Shown: piece after piece, positions 33,852 to 48,736 of the stretch
Position numbering within the stretch: position 1 is the first letter of the stretch
Layout of the letters: each line of letters begins with the position of its first letter
Program-made: the position numbers and the translations under genes
Notes under the pieces: model-generated
What the model saw: only the letters and a program-made list of their open reading frames with translations
Database searches by the model: none
Told to the model about the DNA's origin: nothing
Assembly: GCA_012295275.1 (NCBI GenBank)
Contig: CM022671.1
Location: 30,876,001-30,940,000 of the forward strand
Reading direction: 5' to 3'
Origin: Chrysomallon squamiferum
Lineage: Eukaryota > Animalia > Mollusca
Length of the DNA: 64,000 nucleotides

Positions 33852-34285
33852 ATGTTGGTTGCTTAATGTTAATTTATTCACTAATTTTCAATTGCAAAAC
33901 TTTCAAACAAAAACAAAAAACAAACAAAACAACCAACAACAAAAACAATGAATTTATATCAAAAGATATTTATTGCAAAATGATTTTATTTATTAAAGGT
34001 GACATATATATATACGACATGAAAGGGGAAATATTTAAAGAGCAATGGGAACAAAAAAATGTAACAACAACCCTGAAAAACGTGTATAATTATGTCAACA
34101 ATAACTGGTTATGACGTCACAACACTCTTTGTTAATTTAAACATTCAACGTAACTATATAAAATACTAACACAGCAAATTCACAAACATGCAGTCTCTCC
34201 AGATTTGTCCCGATCCAACCATATTTTCAGAAATTGCGAATCTATGAATTTAAGCCAGTTACAAATAATCCTAAATAACAAATAA

Positions 34286-34316
<31 letters not shown>

Positions 34317-36948
34317 CAAAACAAAACAAAATAAAATAATTTACAATTTGCGCAAGAAAAGTATGTATTATAAAAACTGGTGACTAAAATTTCTTTGAGC
34401 TAAAACATGTTTTTTCTTGTATCCTTTTTAAAAAACGGATCAAAACAATATATCAAAAGATGTGGTTTGTTATGCTAAACAAGAATGACTGGGAGGACAT
34501 ATTAAATATCAAATCTAATTATATGTACATGTTCTTTAAACATTTTTGTATGTATAATTATATTTTTAACGACAGACAAAATTTAAAAATTGTTTTAATA
34601 ATAAAAAGGATAGGCTTTGGTTAACAGCTAAAATATAAACATTAAAAATCTAAAACATTGAAGAAACAATATAAAAGTTGAAGAAGAAAAAATAAACAGC
34701 TTTTGTTCTCTATATGGATTTGCAAAGATTTATTCTCTCTCTCACTCACTCACTCACTCACTCACTCACTCACTCACTCTCACTCACTCACTCTCACTCT
34801 CTCACTCTCTCTCTCTCCACAGACATTTGTGTGTTACCCTTGCTATATTAATATTTAAACTGACACTTCAGGGAAATTCACCAACACATGATAAAAACAA
34901 AAATGTTAATACAGAAATTACATACATTTGTATGTTTCCTCATAACCTTTTTTGGTCAGTATAACGACATAAAATAAATCAGAACTATTTTACCTTACTA
35001 CCAATCTCAGTTTTTAATGCTTCAGATTCCATAATTAACTTTATAGAATCATCTACTAACCATCAAAAGGTAATTAACAAAAAGTCTCGAGTCCAAGCAC
35101 CTCTGTTGTGGGCAAATGATTCAGTAGCCTATATATTCAATTTCAGTCAGTATAAGTAACAGTACATTAAAAGACTAGTTACAGAGAAGAGAGTATAAGT
35201 TTTGATGTTTTCTGCAAATTTTTTATTGCAAGCAGTAACTGGGATTTGATCACATTTCCTAGCAGACAAAAGGCAACAGCTTAACCTCTTGTTCCTCAAG
35301 ACTGATAAAAATTATACAAATGTTTTAGTAATCAAAACAGAATAAATAAAATTACATTAAGCACATGAGAGATCACCAACTGTCAAATGTAAATACAATA
35401 CTCCTTTCCAGTCTACTGATGCTGAATATAATATCATTCCAACACCTACAATATCCAGTTATTATGCATACACCAGTAATAATATTCAGTTAATAAATAA
35501 ATAGTAACAGTATGTTATATACACAGCGCACCATATACAATAATTACATACATGATATATGGGATGTGTTACCATGACTGGTACAAAATGTAATTAAGTG
35601 TAATATCTGAATTGCTGGAAGCATATACAATAGTACAGTATTTATTTATTTTATATATAAATTATTAACAAAGTAATTCAGAGGAATATCTACAATGCTG
35701 GAAACAGATACACCAGTATTTTATTTATTTATTTATTTTTTATATATATTTTAAAATTATTATTTTATTTATTTATTGATTGATGAGATTTGCATATTGA
35801 AAATTCTATATAATGTAATGAAATAAAACAGATTTGTTTTATTTTGTTTTTTAAAATAGTGATTTATTCTTATTTAGTTTTATTATTTTTTTTTTTTTTT
35901 TTTTTCTTTCTATTAAGTAATTATTTTCATTATTTTCTCTCTCTCCTCTTACAATGTAAATATATAACATATGTAAGTAAAAATACATTGCAATTTTACA
36001 TTATAAATATAATAAAAACATTTTGTATTTTTATTTTTTACATTAAAATAAAAATCTATTTACATGACATCTAAGATTTAAGATTTTGTAGAATTTTGAT
36101 TTTTGTTTGATAACATGAAAATTTTGATTTTTGTTTGATAACATGAAAATATTATTATTATTATTATTATTATTAAACAATAAATGAGTGTTTATTATTT
36201 ATGAAAAAAGTATAATAATAAAAGCAATAGCAATAATAATATTATTATTATCAATAATAATAACAATAACAATAATGCAAATAAAAGGTTTAAATTAGAC
36301 CAACAAAAAGATATAAATTGTTAAATAAAATATTTTAAAAAAATTAAAAATAATAATAAACGAAAAAGAAATAAATAATATGGCTGCTTGCTTTTTCAAG
36401 TTAACATTTATTTTTTTGTGTTTGTGATATAAAAAGCAATGCTTATTAGTGGTTTACTTTGCATTTATATATTTTATTTAGTTATGTATTTATTTATTTA
36501 TTTATTTATTTATTATATGTGGTTTATTTCTTACAATAAAATGAATGCAGTTTCAAAGATGAATTATTCTCAACATCCAATAATATACTATTAAAATACT
36601 GAAGTTATCACTGGGAAGACATATACAAGGCATACACAGCATCTATTACTGAATGTAAAAACTTATAACAGTATAATACGGTGTATATTGTGTTCTATTC
36701 ATACAGACACTGGTACATATGTAAGATAATGTAAATGTAAAGCAGAATCTAATAAAATCAGTAATGTAAATTTTTTCATTTATGTAAAATACTCTAAATC
36801 TTAATCTTATAACCTAAAAACATAAATAACATAAATATTTTATTTATTTGTTTGTTTGTTTGTTTGTTTAAAAGCAAATAATTTATATTTTTTAATTTAT
36901 CTGAAGTAAAAACCTTTATTTATTTAATTTGAATAAAAAAAAATACAC

Positions 36949-36981
<33 letters not shown>

Positions 36982-37141
36982 TTATTATTTCTTCACTTAT
37001 TTATTTATTCCTAATCACATCAATGGTAAAGTATATGCATTATTGCATTTGTGAATTAACACAAATCATGCCCTTTTTATATGCTAAAAAATTACATGAT
37101 GAACAGCATTTTCATTTCATAACAGAAAAAAAAAAAAAAAA

Positions 37142-37180
<39 letters not shown>

Positions 37181-38278
37181 AGTTAAATATTCTAGTTGCA
37201 TTAGGCAACATTTTTATGCTTAAATTTGAAAAAGGAAGTGATGAAAATAAAAAATAAAATAAAATAAAAAAAAGTAAAATAAAATAAACATACATTGACA
37301 TGTTCACAAGACTATCTTCTTAAGATAAACATACAAATATAATTCAGATTTTATATATATTTCCATGCATTTGTAAAATAGCAGATCATTATTAAATGCT
37401 TGTAGCTTACAGAAAGTCATGTCTAAGACCAGAATCTGTAAGTTATGAATACATAACACATTTTAAAATTATTATTATTAATGCTAGTACTACTAACATT
37501 ACAGCTGCTGTTAATAGTGATACTGTATCATCACCATCATCATCATCATCACCACCATAACCTCACTGCTATTGTCTGGTGAAAATAGGACTAATTACTG
37601 ATTTAACAGGATCATTCAAAATCGAACAACAATGACTTATAAATTATACCCATATAATAAATGCTTACATCCATTGAATACTGAAGCAAATATTTCAGGA
37701 CTAATTACCTGTAAAGTCATGGAAATGTTAACTTTGAATTATTCTTCGAGCCATAAATGATAACTATTATTGTTAATAATAATTAAAAAAACCCTGGTTA
37801 CAATGTTTCTTGAAGTTGTATTATTTTTGGTACAGTTTTTATCATAATTTTACCTTCTATTCTGCTCATGTTAGAATTAAATAATAATCATAATAAAAAT
37901 GATGATGATGATGTGATGATAGTAATAATAATAGTCATAATCACAACCACAGACAATAAAGTTACTTAGGATATGCATTTGCACTCCACAAATAAAAATT
38001 ATTTCACACTACTGATTCAGTACATACTTGTTACTGTACTGACTGTCTAACAGAAACACAGGTAATAAAAACAATTTTTTTAAAACAATAATAACTGTTC
38101 CCCTCAGACACTGAATGTATGACAGTGTCAAAGGAACAACTGGCTATTATGTGGTATCAAAAAAAACAACAAAGTAAATAAATAAAATTAAAAATAAAAA
38201 GATGTATGTGATGGTCAGGTATGAAATAAATACAAGTTTAATACTATCTTACAAACACAACATCACACCAACACAGCG

Positions 38279-40181
38279 TCACACAAACACAGGCACTACA
38301 TCCTCGGGAAGATTCCATCGGAAATTCAGTCCATCAAACTGCAAGAAAACAGAATCAGTTAAACAAATAAACAAAGAAAAAATACTACAGATGACAGTGC
38401 AATTTTAACAAGAAACTTTTCACAATAAAAAGTTTAAGTTGTGACTTCCAGAACTCTGGCAAAATTACTCACTTCTTTCCCTTATACATAGGTTCCTTGT
38501 AACAGATAACACATACAAAAATATCTTATAATTCACAGGTAAGGTATATATTACTACATAGTTTGGTAGTTGAACAAAGGCTAATGAGAAGATGCTAATT
38601 AAATAATGTGTACTGCTGACTGTAGCCTATGGATCATCAGCAAAAGGTTTTCTCTCGTGTATCATTCATATATATGTATATATTGAAGTGTTGTTAAATG
38701 TTTTATTTTTTTAACAAACTCTGTTTCTGTGAATGTAATTATGAGTCACTAGAGTAGGTAGACTCACCCCTGTAAAAGCCTGTGAAGATTCCTTTTCCAC
38801 CATGACAGGTGCCCAACTCATTCCTGTCATTGGGAAGAAGTCAGGAGGAACAACATCCATAGGACTCAACTGTACAGTAACAAGAAATACATATAACTGA
38901 TTTATGAAACTGTTATATTTAATTCATTAAATAATTTATAGTTCTTATATCATAATAATTATATTATGTATTATTTAATTTTGAGAAATAACCATATTTC
39001 ACAAAATTAAATTAAAAACTAAGTCTGTTTAAATCAAATCTGTATTATTATTATTGTTGTTATAATAAATGGTAACAACTGTATCTATTAATACTCTATT
39101 TTTTTAATCTTTAGTCCTAGTCAAATTAGTGAAGAAAAAAATTATTTTTCTTATTTCTTTTGTTCTTTTAAGATATGTCTTTGACTGTGGCATGAATTAA
39201 AACAATCTAAGATGAAATGATTTGGGATTGTATTTATTAGATTTCAAAGATGAGTAACACTAACCTGTTTTTCTATAAGGCTGGTAAACTGAAGATTCTT
39301 GAAAAATTCGAGTTTTTGTAATGAAGCTAAATCTGTTAATCGTCTGGCAGGACTTTTTGTGAGCAACTGAAAACAAATATTTAAATGAAATACTTATTTT
39401 AATAAAGTTTGCAAAAACCATTTATTTCAGAAATTATTTGGAATCAATGCAGAAGAAGGTTAAAGATACAAAGTTACCTTAATGTAGTTTAAAAATAACA
39501 TATAATATAGTTGTCTATAATCTATAAAATAGTTTCTGCATCTGAGATTCATCAGAATCTTTATAGAGAAAGAAAAAAAAAATTATAATAAAGGTTAAAA
39601 AAAAATAATAATAAAAAAAAATAAATAGAATAAAATAAAATAAAATAGAAAGACAAATTAAATAACAAATTTCATATTCTTATAAAATAGAACTTAAGAA
39701 AGATAACATTTTTCATTGACAAATACATGCATGAGCATTGTAAAAAAAAAAAAAAGCCAGCTACTTGGAAACATTACAAATAGATAAATGTATATACAAA
39801 TAACTCTGTATGCTTCATTGAATCTATGTTCATGCAAATGTAAATATGAATGCCTCTGTTTGTAAAAGTTTAAACACTTACTCGATGTACAACATCTTGT
39901 GGTTCATTCCCGATTGTCTGAGGTAGGAGGAAGTCACATTCATACACTTTTTGAGCCATTTCAGTGTGTGTGCTGGTACCATCCACAGGATACTGAGAAA
40001 CAACATACACAGGTATAGTAATACATGTTGTTATAAGTAACAAAATAATAAGTAAAAATAAAATAAAATAAAATAAAATAAAATAAATAAATAAATAATA
40101 GTAGAAATAATAATAACAATAATAATAATAATATCAAACAAAACAATAATAAAAAAAAAAAAAAAAATAAATAAAAGTAGA

Positions 40182-40219
<38 letters not shown>

Positions 40220-41280
40220 TAGTAACAATATAAAAAATGACAATGATTAAAAATAATAATATTAAACAAAGAAATAACCAACAAACACTACTATCAATAC
40301 CTCTACTAGTACTACCACTAAATAACAACAACAACTACAACAACAATAATAACATCTAATATGTTAGTTAAACCTTAAATAGATAAATATATTCAGAATG
40401 CTGCTAAACAAATGGTCATTAAGCAGATTTATTACGTATCTCAGTAGAAGTTAAATATGAAAGAATGGTGGACAAACTTACCTTTCCAGCTAACATTATG
40501 TACATGAGTATACCTAGTGACCACCAGTCAGCGGTGTGACTGTATGGGTAGACTGAGAGAACTTCAGGAGCTGAAAATAAAACAGAACAACACTAACAAT
40601 GCAGATTAAGACAGAGGGTGACCATACTGAATGATCACAATGGATTATAAAGTTTACGTTTTTGTGTCTGTTACCTACGTAACCTTGTGTAATCTGTATT
40701 CATAATTGCTTAAAGTTATTATATTCATTTTTTTTTTTTTGTGTTTGTGCATTTAGTAATTAAATTCAAATTGATAATTATAAAAAATATAATAGTATTT
40801 GTGAGGATTTTATGACAAAAAAAATATAAAAAAATAAAAATACAAAAAAAAAAAAGAGTTTAGAATACCCACACTTTTATTATGAATAAATAGTTGTTCT
40901 TTTTTTAAACAGATATATGTACATCAAATACCATAATAAAATATGGCCATCTCAAGCATATTTTGCAACACTTGTCACTGTTAATAATTTAAAATATTAA
41001 ATAAGTAATAATAGTAAATGTTTATTCAGTCTAAAAAAAAAAAAAAATAGTAATTGTGAATGTTAAATTAAAAGGGAGATAATTTGTTCAGTTTTTGTTA
41101 CCCATGTACTGAAGAGTTCCACATATTGTTCTCGTTCTTTCGCCTTTGTTCAGCCATTTGGCTAAACCGAAGTCTATCAGCTGGATATGTCCTGTGTAAA
41201 AATTACACTAAAACATTACTACCAGTAAAATAAAATAGTAACACCAATAATAGTCACAATAATAATAAATATAATAATAA

Positions 41281-41325
<45 letters not shown>

Positions 41326-42552
41326 TGAGTAGGTGTTTGTCCAAAAGTGAAAGTATGCAAGTAACAAAGGATAACAAAATGGATGAATGAATATATATAT
41401 ATATATATAGTGTGTGTGTGTATGTATGTATATGTGTATATATGTGTGTGTGTGTGTGTATATATATATATGTATATTATATATATGTGTGTGTGTGTGT
41501 GTGTGTAAATATATAAAAGGCTGACTGCTCCAAATCAGTAATAGTAACCTACATTAAAATGTTGGAAGTGGGTTTCAGCTTTCACTCTGTCATTACAAAA
41601 TGACAAGCCTTACACTTATTAACTGATTTTATTAAAAACATGGATGTTTTGTTATCAACTGTCAAAGTGATTTTTTTGTGTAGAGATTTGAAAGTGATGC
41701 TTTAATTCAAAACCAATATATATAGTCATAAATATATTTATGTAGTTTCAACAAGCAAATTCGTTAAATGTGTATTAAAGGCTCACCTTTTGGATCAAAA
41801 AGTATGTTTTCCATCTGCAAATTAGAAAATGTTTTGAATATAAAAAAAACCAGCATATCACAACACTGAGAGAAAATAAGTAAGAATGCACTATAATGCA
41901 TTTCAAATATCTAAAAAAAAAAAAAAAATTATAAAATTTTCATAGAACATTTGAAATTATATATTGCTATAAAGGATAAAAGAAAGAAAAAGAAAAACCT
42001 TTAAAGGAATGATTTAAATCATAATTCTCTTGCATAGAAAAACCACTGGGAAAAAAAAAAAAAAAAAAAAAAAAGCATTCTTACCTTTAAATCTCTGTAA
42101 ATTACACCTGAGTTATGCAAATATTCTGAAAAATAAATTGAACAATAAGACTATACTTTCTTTTTAAAATTAATTAAAAATATATGGTCCATCAATCTTT
42201 TATATTAATTTTAAAAAAACAAATCAATCACATAGTACAGTGTACTCACAAATAATTTTATATCTATATAATCACATTTATATCTAGCTACAACAAATGA
42301 AAATAAAATAAAATAAAAATAAAAATAAAAGGAAACATACCAAGCACTATGCCCATCTCAGCCACATACAAGCGAACCAGTCTCTCTGGAAACATTGTGT
42401 GAAATGACCACAGAGAAAACAGATCACCATAAGGTACATAGTCTAGAACTGGTAAAAACAAAAAACAAAAAACAAGAGTAGTTTTAAAAATTATTTGAAA
42501 AGAGGTACTGAAAAAATACAAAAAAAAAACACTAAAAGAATTTATATATATT

Positions 42553-42604
<52 letters not shown>

Positions 42605-44527
42605 AAAATTAAAAAAAACATAAAATAAAATAAAATAAAAAATAAATAAATAAAAAAAAGAACAGTTAAAATCACTAATGGTGACAGTAGATGATTCTTT
42701 ATAATGGTAAATGTCGAGTCCAAAGCCACCACAAAACTTGATACTTCTGAAACCAGTTCTAATATCTATACTCTCAGCAAATAAGTATATATCTGATGTA
42801 ATTTTTCTAAGTGAAGTGTGCATACCAATATACAGGTGACTCTGAGACTGCCAGTATTCGTGTAGTTTGACAATGAAAGGATGATCACCAACTATTGACT
42901 GAATGGATGCTTCATCCTTACACTGCTGAATTGCATTTTCCTTCATAATCTGTTCCTTCTCCAGCACCTTAACACAGAAAGAAAGCTTCTTTTTTTTTTT
43001 TTTTTTTTTTATAAACAGTTGTTTTATTTTACATACATATTTGGTAAAATGGTTTTACAAGATGATGATGATAAAAAAAAGTTACAATAACACAAAAAAA
43101 CTGCTGCTAAAATATCAATATGTGTTGCAGACCTTGTTTTTAATTTTTTCTTTTTTTAAATTATTTATATATATAAATAAGGGTTATCTTGTCAGACAGT
43201 AGACTTAAATAATATAATGTAGATAAAAAAATGTGATTAAAGTCATTAGAAATTTATTTAAATTATACCTTCATTGCATAAAACTTTTTTTCATCTTCTC
43301 TCTGCACTTTGAGAACATTTCCATAGGCACCATTTGCTATGACATCAATAACCTGAAATAAAGATTTTTTTTTTTTTTTTTTTTTAGAACAAAATGTTTA
43401 AGGAAAACTATAGATAAATATGATTAATATATGCTAGAAAGATTTTATCTGGTGCCCCAGATTTGTGTGATTGTTTGAAAAAAAAAAAAAACCCAAAAAC
43501 CTATAAAGTTTAAATTTGTACAAATATTATATTATGATAAAAAAACAAATATAAGCTTCTTCCAGGCTTTACAAACTTGTTATTTTATTGCTATACCTTT
43601 TTAATCGTTTTTCTTTTCTTTCTTCCTTATTTTTTAATTTTTTAATTTCTTAATTTTCTTAATATTTATTGGTTATCAAATAAAATGATAACTTGTGTTA
43701 GATCTTTCTTTACAACATATTCAAGTGATATATTTACCAATTCATTAATCACAGATATAATATTAATGCATATCATTAAAATTAGTGTTTAAAGAACTCT
43801 GTGAAAAAGCCATTAACTTTAAATTTAGTATTATAAAATGGTTATTTTTACCTCAAAGTCCTGCTCTTCGATATCTCCCCTGACAGGGAAATCAGGCAGG
43901 AACAGTGCCTCAGTGATGGGAATTTTCCACATGTTTCTTCCATCTTCTCTGTCAACACTGTTCACCTTGGACGAAGAACCAAGTCGAAACAGTCTACCAG
44001 AACTTCGAGATTTAACTCGATCAAATGTTTCATTAGCAGATAAACTCTGAAAAACATAAAATATATCACAGTTATCATTAATGTTAATATTATATTATTA
44101 TTTCTTTCAAAATTAAAGAATAGTTAAAATTAAAATTAATAAAAAGTACATATAAAATGATATATTAATTTAAACAGTTGTCAATATATGTTTCATAACA
44201 TAGCCATATTATTCATAAAAGTTAATAATTTACATATTATTCTCATATGAATATAGTAAAATTTAAAAAATAAATTTCTTATACAGTCAGTTATTATTAA
44301 TTTTGTTTTTGTTGCAAATACTTGGTTCTGTAAATTATATTTTACCATGTTAACATAACAGAAATTTTCTTCTGTGGAGCCACTTTAAAAAGTCAAAAAC
44401 ATAATAAAGCAGAACTGGTGTTACCACCTTGTTTAAATTAAATTGTTTAATTATAATTTATAGGTATAAAATAATATAGAAATAATAAGAATAATAACAA
44501 TAATAACAAAAACAACAATGCAAATAA

Positions 44528-44558
<31 letters not shown>

Positions 44559-45655
44559 GTAAATCCCCAAAAAAATAATAAAATAAAATTATACCAAACT
44601 CATTTATGAGTGAATGAAGTGAAGCATACTGGCTGAACAAAGAATGAAAGACAGCTGTGAAGGTAACACCCTGTACCTTGTACTTGTAGATTTAAATTGC
44701 ACTATTACAGTTTATTTTCTTCCATAAACAAAAAGCAGAGAATGTACTTCATGTGGAAATTCAATCCTATACACTATAACAATATTATGAATATATATAT
44801 ATTAATTAATGTTAATTCAGCCATTACAAAGTATTTTTGTGTAACAATAATTAATATTACCACCTTTTCTTATGTTATTTTTATCAATCAATAAAAAGAA
44901 ATAAGACATCTTTTATATGCATCTTTCCAATGATAACAACAGCTATATGATATATATATCTTATCCTTTGAATGGGAATTAGCCCAGAATGAATATCCTT
45001 AAGAATATCATATGATCCTGCAACAAGCAGACTCATTATCATTATGATAAACTGTTACCATTTATGTATCATAATTATACTTGATTACTGAATATGCACA
45101 ATCACAATATATACATGATATATATATGCGATCATGTATTAATATTACTTTTATTAGTATTACAAGGCAGCATAATTCAATTCAAAATATTATGAAATTT
45201 TAATAACGTTATGAATTAAAATAAATAAAGACGGGGTTTAAACTAGTTTAACAAGTTTAAGTACTGATAATTAATTATTATATAATACAGATAAAAATAA
45301 ATATTAAGAAAACTGACTCAGCAAGTGAAATAGATTGTAATTATTGGATAGCTGAGTACATGCACATTTAGTGACTTGACTTACAGTGTTACATTAATAA
45401 TAACACAGTTATTAATGATAAAGTTTAAAATACACTACTTTACAAGAATTGACAGCCTAACTGACTCTATCATATTAGAAAGTATTTCTGTTCTGAGGCT
45501 TTTTGACTAACAAAAAAAAAAAAAAAAAAAAAAAAAATAAAAAAAAAAAAAACCTCACGGCACTCAAGTGACTCAGTTATTAGTGAAAATGTTACCTGTG
45601 TGTCAGGAACCGATTGTGCCTTTCTCAGTGGCATTTTATCATGGTTGTTCCCCAT
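38279..45655 (-). CDS. RSKR: Ribosomal protein S6 kinase-related protein (RSKR/SGK494-like AGC-group kinase), 403 aa, 13 exons
   Basis: Exons 45655-45596, 44046-43852, 43352-43269, 42967-42826, 42448-42341, 42125-42085, 41814-41787, 41191-41102, 40570-40482, 39992-39882, 39366-39265, 38869-38768, 38338-38279; total 1212 nt. Kinase motifs [57 protein letters not shown]. Pre-kinase W..P....LFLPDFP and DLKMEN are typical of RSKR. Confidence 0.9.
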
Positions 45656-45818
45656 TTTACCATCCCAGTTAATATCGTATAACCTTCCATGGAATTAAAC
45701 ACCACACTATCCATTCATAATGATGAAGTATCAAATAAAACATTTATCCGCAGACATGACAAAAATAATTATCTTTCCTTCTTTTCTGTTTTTTTTTTTT
45801 TCCTTTCTTGTTGCCGCT

Positions 45819-46040
45819 CTTCCGGTTGTTTGACAGAGAATCGTGAATGATAAAATAATAACAAAACGAAATTTATCTAAAATACAAAATATATAAATCA
45901 ATTTATGTATTTTAGAAGATAAATTATTATAAATTTACCATTAATAAATTTGTAATAGTTTCAATAATATTTTTATATTTTACTTAGATAATGATTTATA
46001 CAACTGGTTATGGTTTACTTTAAATTCTATTTCCGGTTGT
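45819..46040. promoter_or_regulatory. Probable RSKR promoter region with two TTCCGGTTGT (ETS-like CCGGAA) motifs
   Basis: TTCCGGTTGT at ~45820 and 46031, just upstream of the RSKR ATG (45655). Confidence 0.35.
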
Positions 46041-46246
46041 GAACATGGCGAAAGAACCAAACGAAAGATCCGTTATTGGTTTCAAGGCTGTACAGTGAAT
46101 ACTATTCTAAAATGAGAATTTTAACTTTAAATTATGTATTATTAAAATTAGATGTAATTAAGCTATTTAATTTATTATGATAATTTTAAGTGCAGCAAAG
46201 TGTTTATTTAATTTTGAAATTAGCACATAATGACCAACTTTTTTCA

Positions 46247-46291
<45 letters not shown>

Positions 46292-47748
46292 ATATATTTT
46301 TAATAATATACTCACATAAACAGCGTTATTAAAGAGAATAATTAGTATGTAATTAAAAGAGAAGAGAAACAAAAGAACACCTTCTCTGAGTTACGCAATA
46401 CACTGATGAATTTCTCGGTCTAATTGCTTCAAGGTATGCAATTGCTTTAAAAACAAAGTTAATCATTTGGTGTCAGAAAATTGTCGACTGTTCACATTAA
46501 AGGTTGTTGTTTTTCTAACTTTTTACAATTTGCTGACTGAAAACATTATCGAAGACATCGGTATTTTGAGTGAAGTCCGTACATCTTTCCGAAAAGTTTA
46601 TTCAACCATAGACTATATAATTATATACTCATAAATTATTTTAAAAAAATTTTTTATAAAATGAGATTATTTTTCTCAAGTGTTTGCGTACTCTCAGTGA
46701 TGTTAGTACCAAGATAACTGTTTGGGTGCAGCTATTACAAATCAACATAACAGCAATTAAAAAACAAAACAGCAAAAAATCCAACAACTAAATAGAATCA
46801 AAAAAAAACTAAACAGAACAAAAAATAAATAAATAAATAAATAATGAAAAAACAAAAAAAAAAAAAAAAAAAACCCCCAACCAACAACATAAACAAACCT
46901 ACATATAAAGTATTTGTTATCAATCCGAAATCTTTAACATTCCTACAAAACCAATGCGTGGAGCCATGTTGAGAATTGATGCACGTTTGTATTTCCATTA
47001 CGCCTAATGAGTTAGAAAAATATTTAAATAGTAATTTACGTCAAGAGGTCATTCCATCAGCGAAGGTCAACAAAATCTCATTGATCGCGGTACTTACACC
47101 AATTTTGTTTACTTAGTACCGACTGCTGCGCTATTCTCGCCACAAATATGACATATTTACATCAAATACTAAATGTAAATGCAGCAAATAATATAGTAGC
47201 AGATGAAAACGAGATAAATATATATATATTGTTTTTGAAGATTAAATTTTAATTCATAACGGAAATACAGAGTTTGTTGTTGTTGTTGTTGTTGTTTTCT
47301 GTACTGTTAGCCTTGAATTCTTGTATTGCAGCCAATAATTTATGCGCATTGTTAACTAAGCTACCTGTATTAGAACTGGGTCAGACATAAGTATAAAAAA
47401 AAAAAAATAAAAAAGATATTGTTTTGTTACACCTGGTTAAACAGATAACTGTTTTTAATTAAAATATCGCGTCAGTAACGCGATTTGCTTCCGATCTTTT
47501 CCAGTACACATTGAGAATTGATCCTTACTCGATCAGCTTACAGAAGTTTAAGAAAATCTCTTTATCCTCGTACACTATGCATTGTTTCTCGCATGAATGA
47601 TTCACGCATAGCCACGTGCAGGTAATAAATAATATTCTTTATGTTAGGACGAGTACGTAGTATGTCCTAGTTAGCAAGTCGTGTATTAAACTCTCTACCA
47701 TCAATAAAGACGTTCTGATTTGTTGACGTGGTAGTTTTTGTTGTGAAC

Positions 47749-48686
47749 ATGGAGAACGAAGACTATATGGAAGATCCTGTTATTCTTAACAATCAGATAA
47801 GAGTGAGTTAGTTACGTGCTAAGAAATAAATTTGTTGTATAAAGTAGCTTTGACTGATTACGATAATCATCGATCCTGAAAACTGCCTCGACCAGAGCTA
47901 ACCTCTTCAGCAGTGATTGAATTTACCTCCGGATTAGAAATCAACGTAGTCCCTAAATGAAAAATTTTAGTTTTAAATTTCGAAATTGTAGATGATACGT
48001 ATTTATGTATTGATACGCATAAATGGCTTGTGATAATTTTGTATGTAGCAGTTTTTGTCTTATAATAATATATAAATATAATATATGTACATATAATAAT
48101 AATAATAAATATATATATATATATATGTACATATAATAATAATAATAAATATATATATATATATATAAATACTACTATTACTACTGCTGCTATAGTGTTA
48201 CCACTCCCACGACTATAACTGCTAGTACTAATATTACTAATAAATAAATAAATAAATAATGACGATGTATAGAAAATGGTGGTTTCATTTCACATTTCAA
48301 TTACTAAAATACTCTATCAGTGGTCTTATGGGTATATACATTTTAGTTCAGTTAAATGTTATTTTACTGTTATATAATTACAATTAAAACATACTGAATG
48401 TAGATTCCAAATCATTTCAATCTTAACTTCTGTGGATTCTTCGTGTCCCTTCTGAAATTTGAACCAGCCGAGAAACGTGACTTGAAATATATATATATTC
48501 TGCATGTAAAAGACTTATGATGATTTATGAAATGATTTGAATATTTTGATTTTCAGAGGTTGAGCGTTCAGCTTTTAAAGTGTCAGATACGCAGACGACA
48601 ATCAACCGGAAGTGCTATCTCGCCTGATATTAATGGTCGTGTAAGCAAAGCTTAATTTCATTTATTTATTTATTTAACATTTCTTA

Positions 48687-48736
<50 letters not shown>

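Noticed and set aside
36092-36148. Short direct duplications (28 bp here; others near 48080-48168 and 53750-53830)
   Set aside because: Ordinary slippage duplications in AT-rich non-coding DNA.
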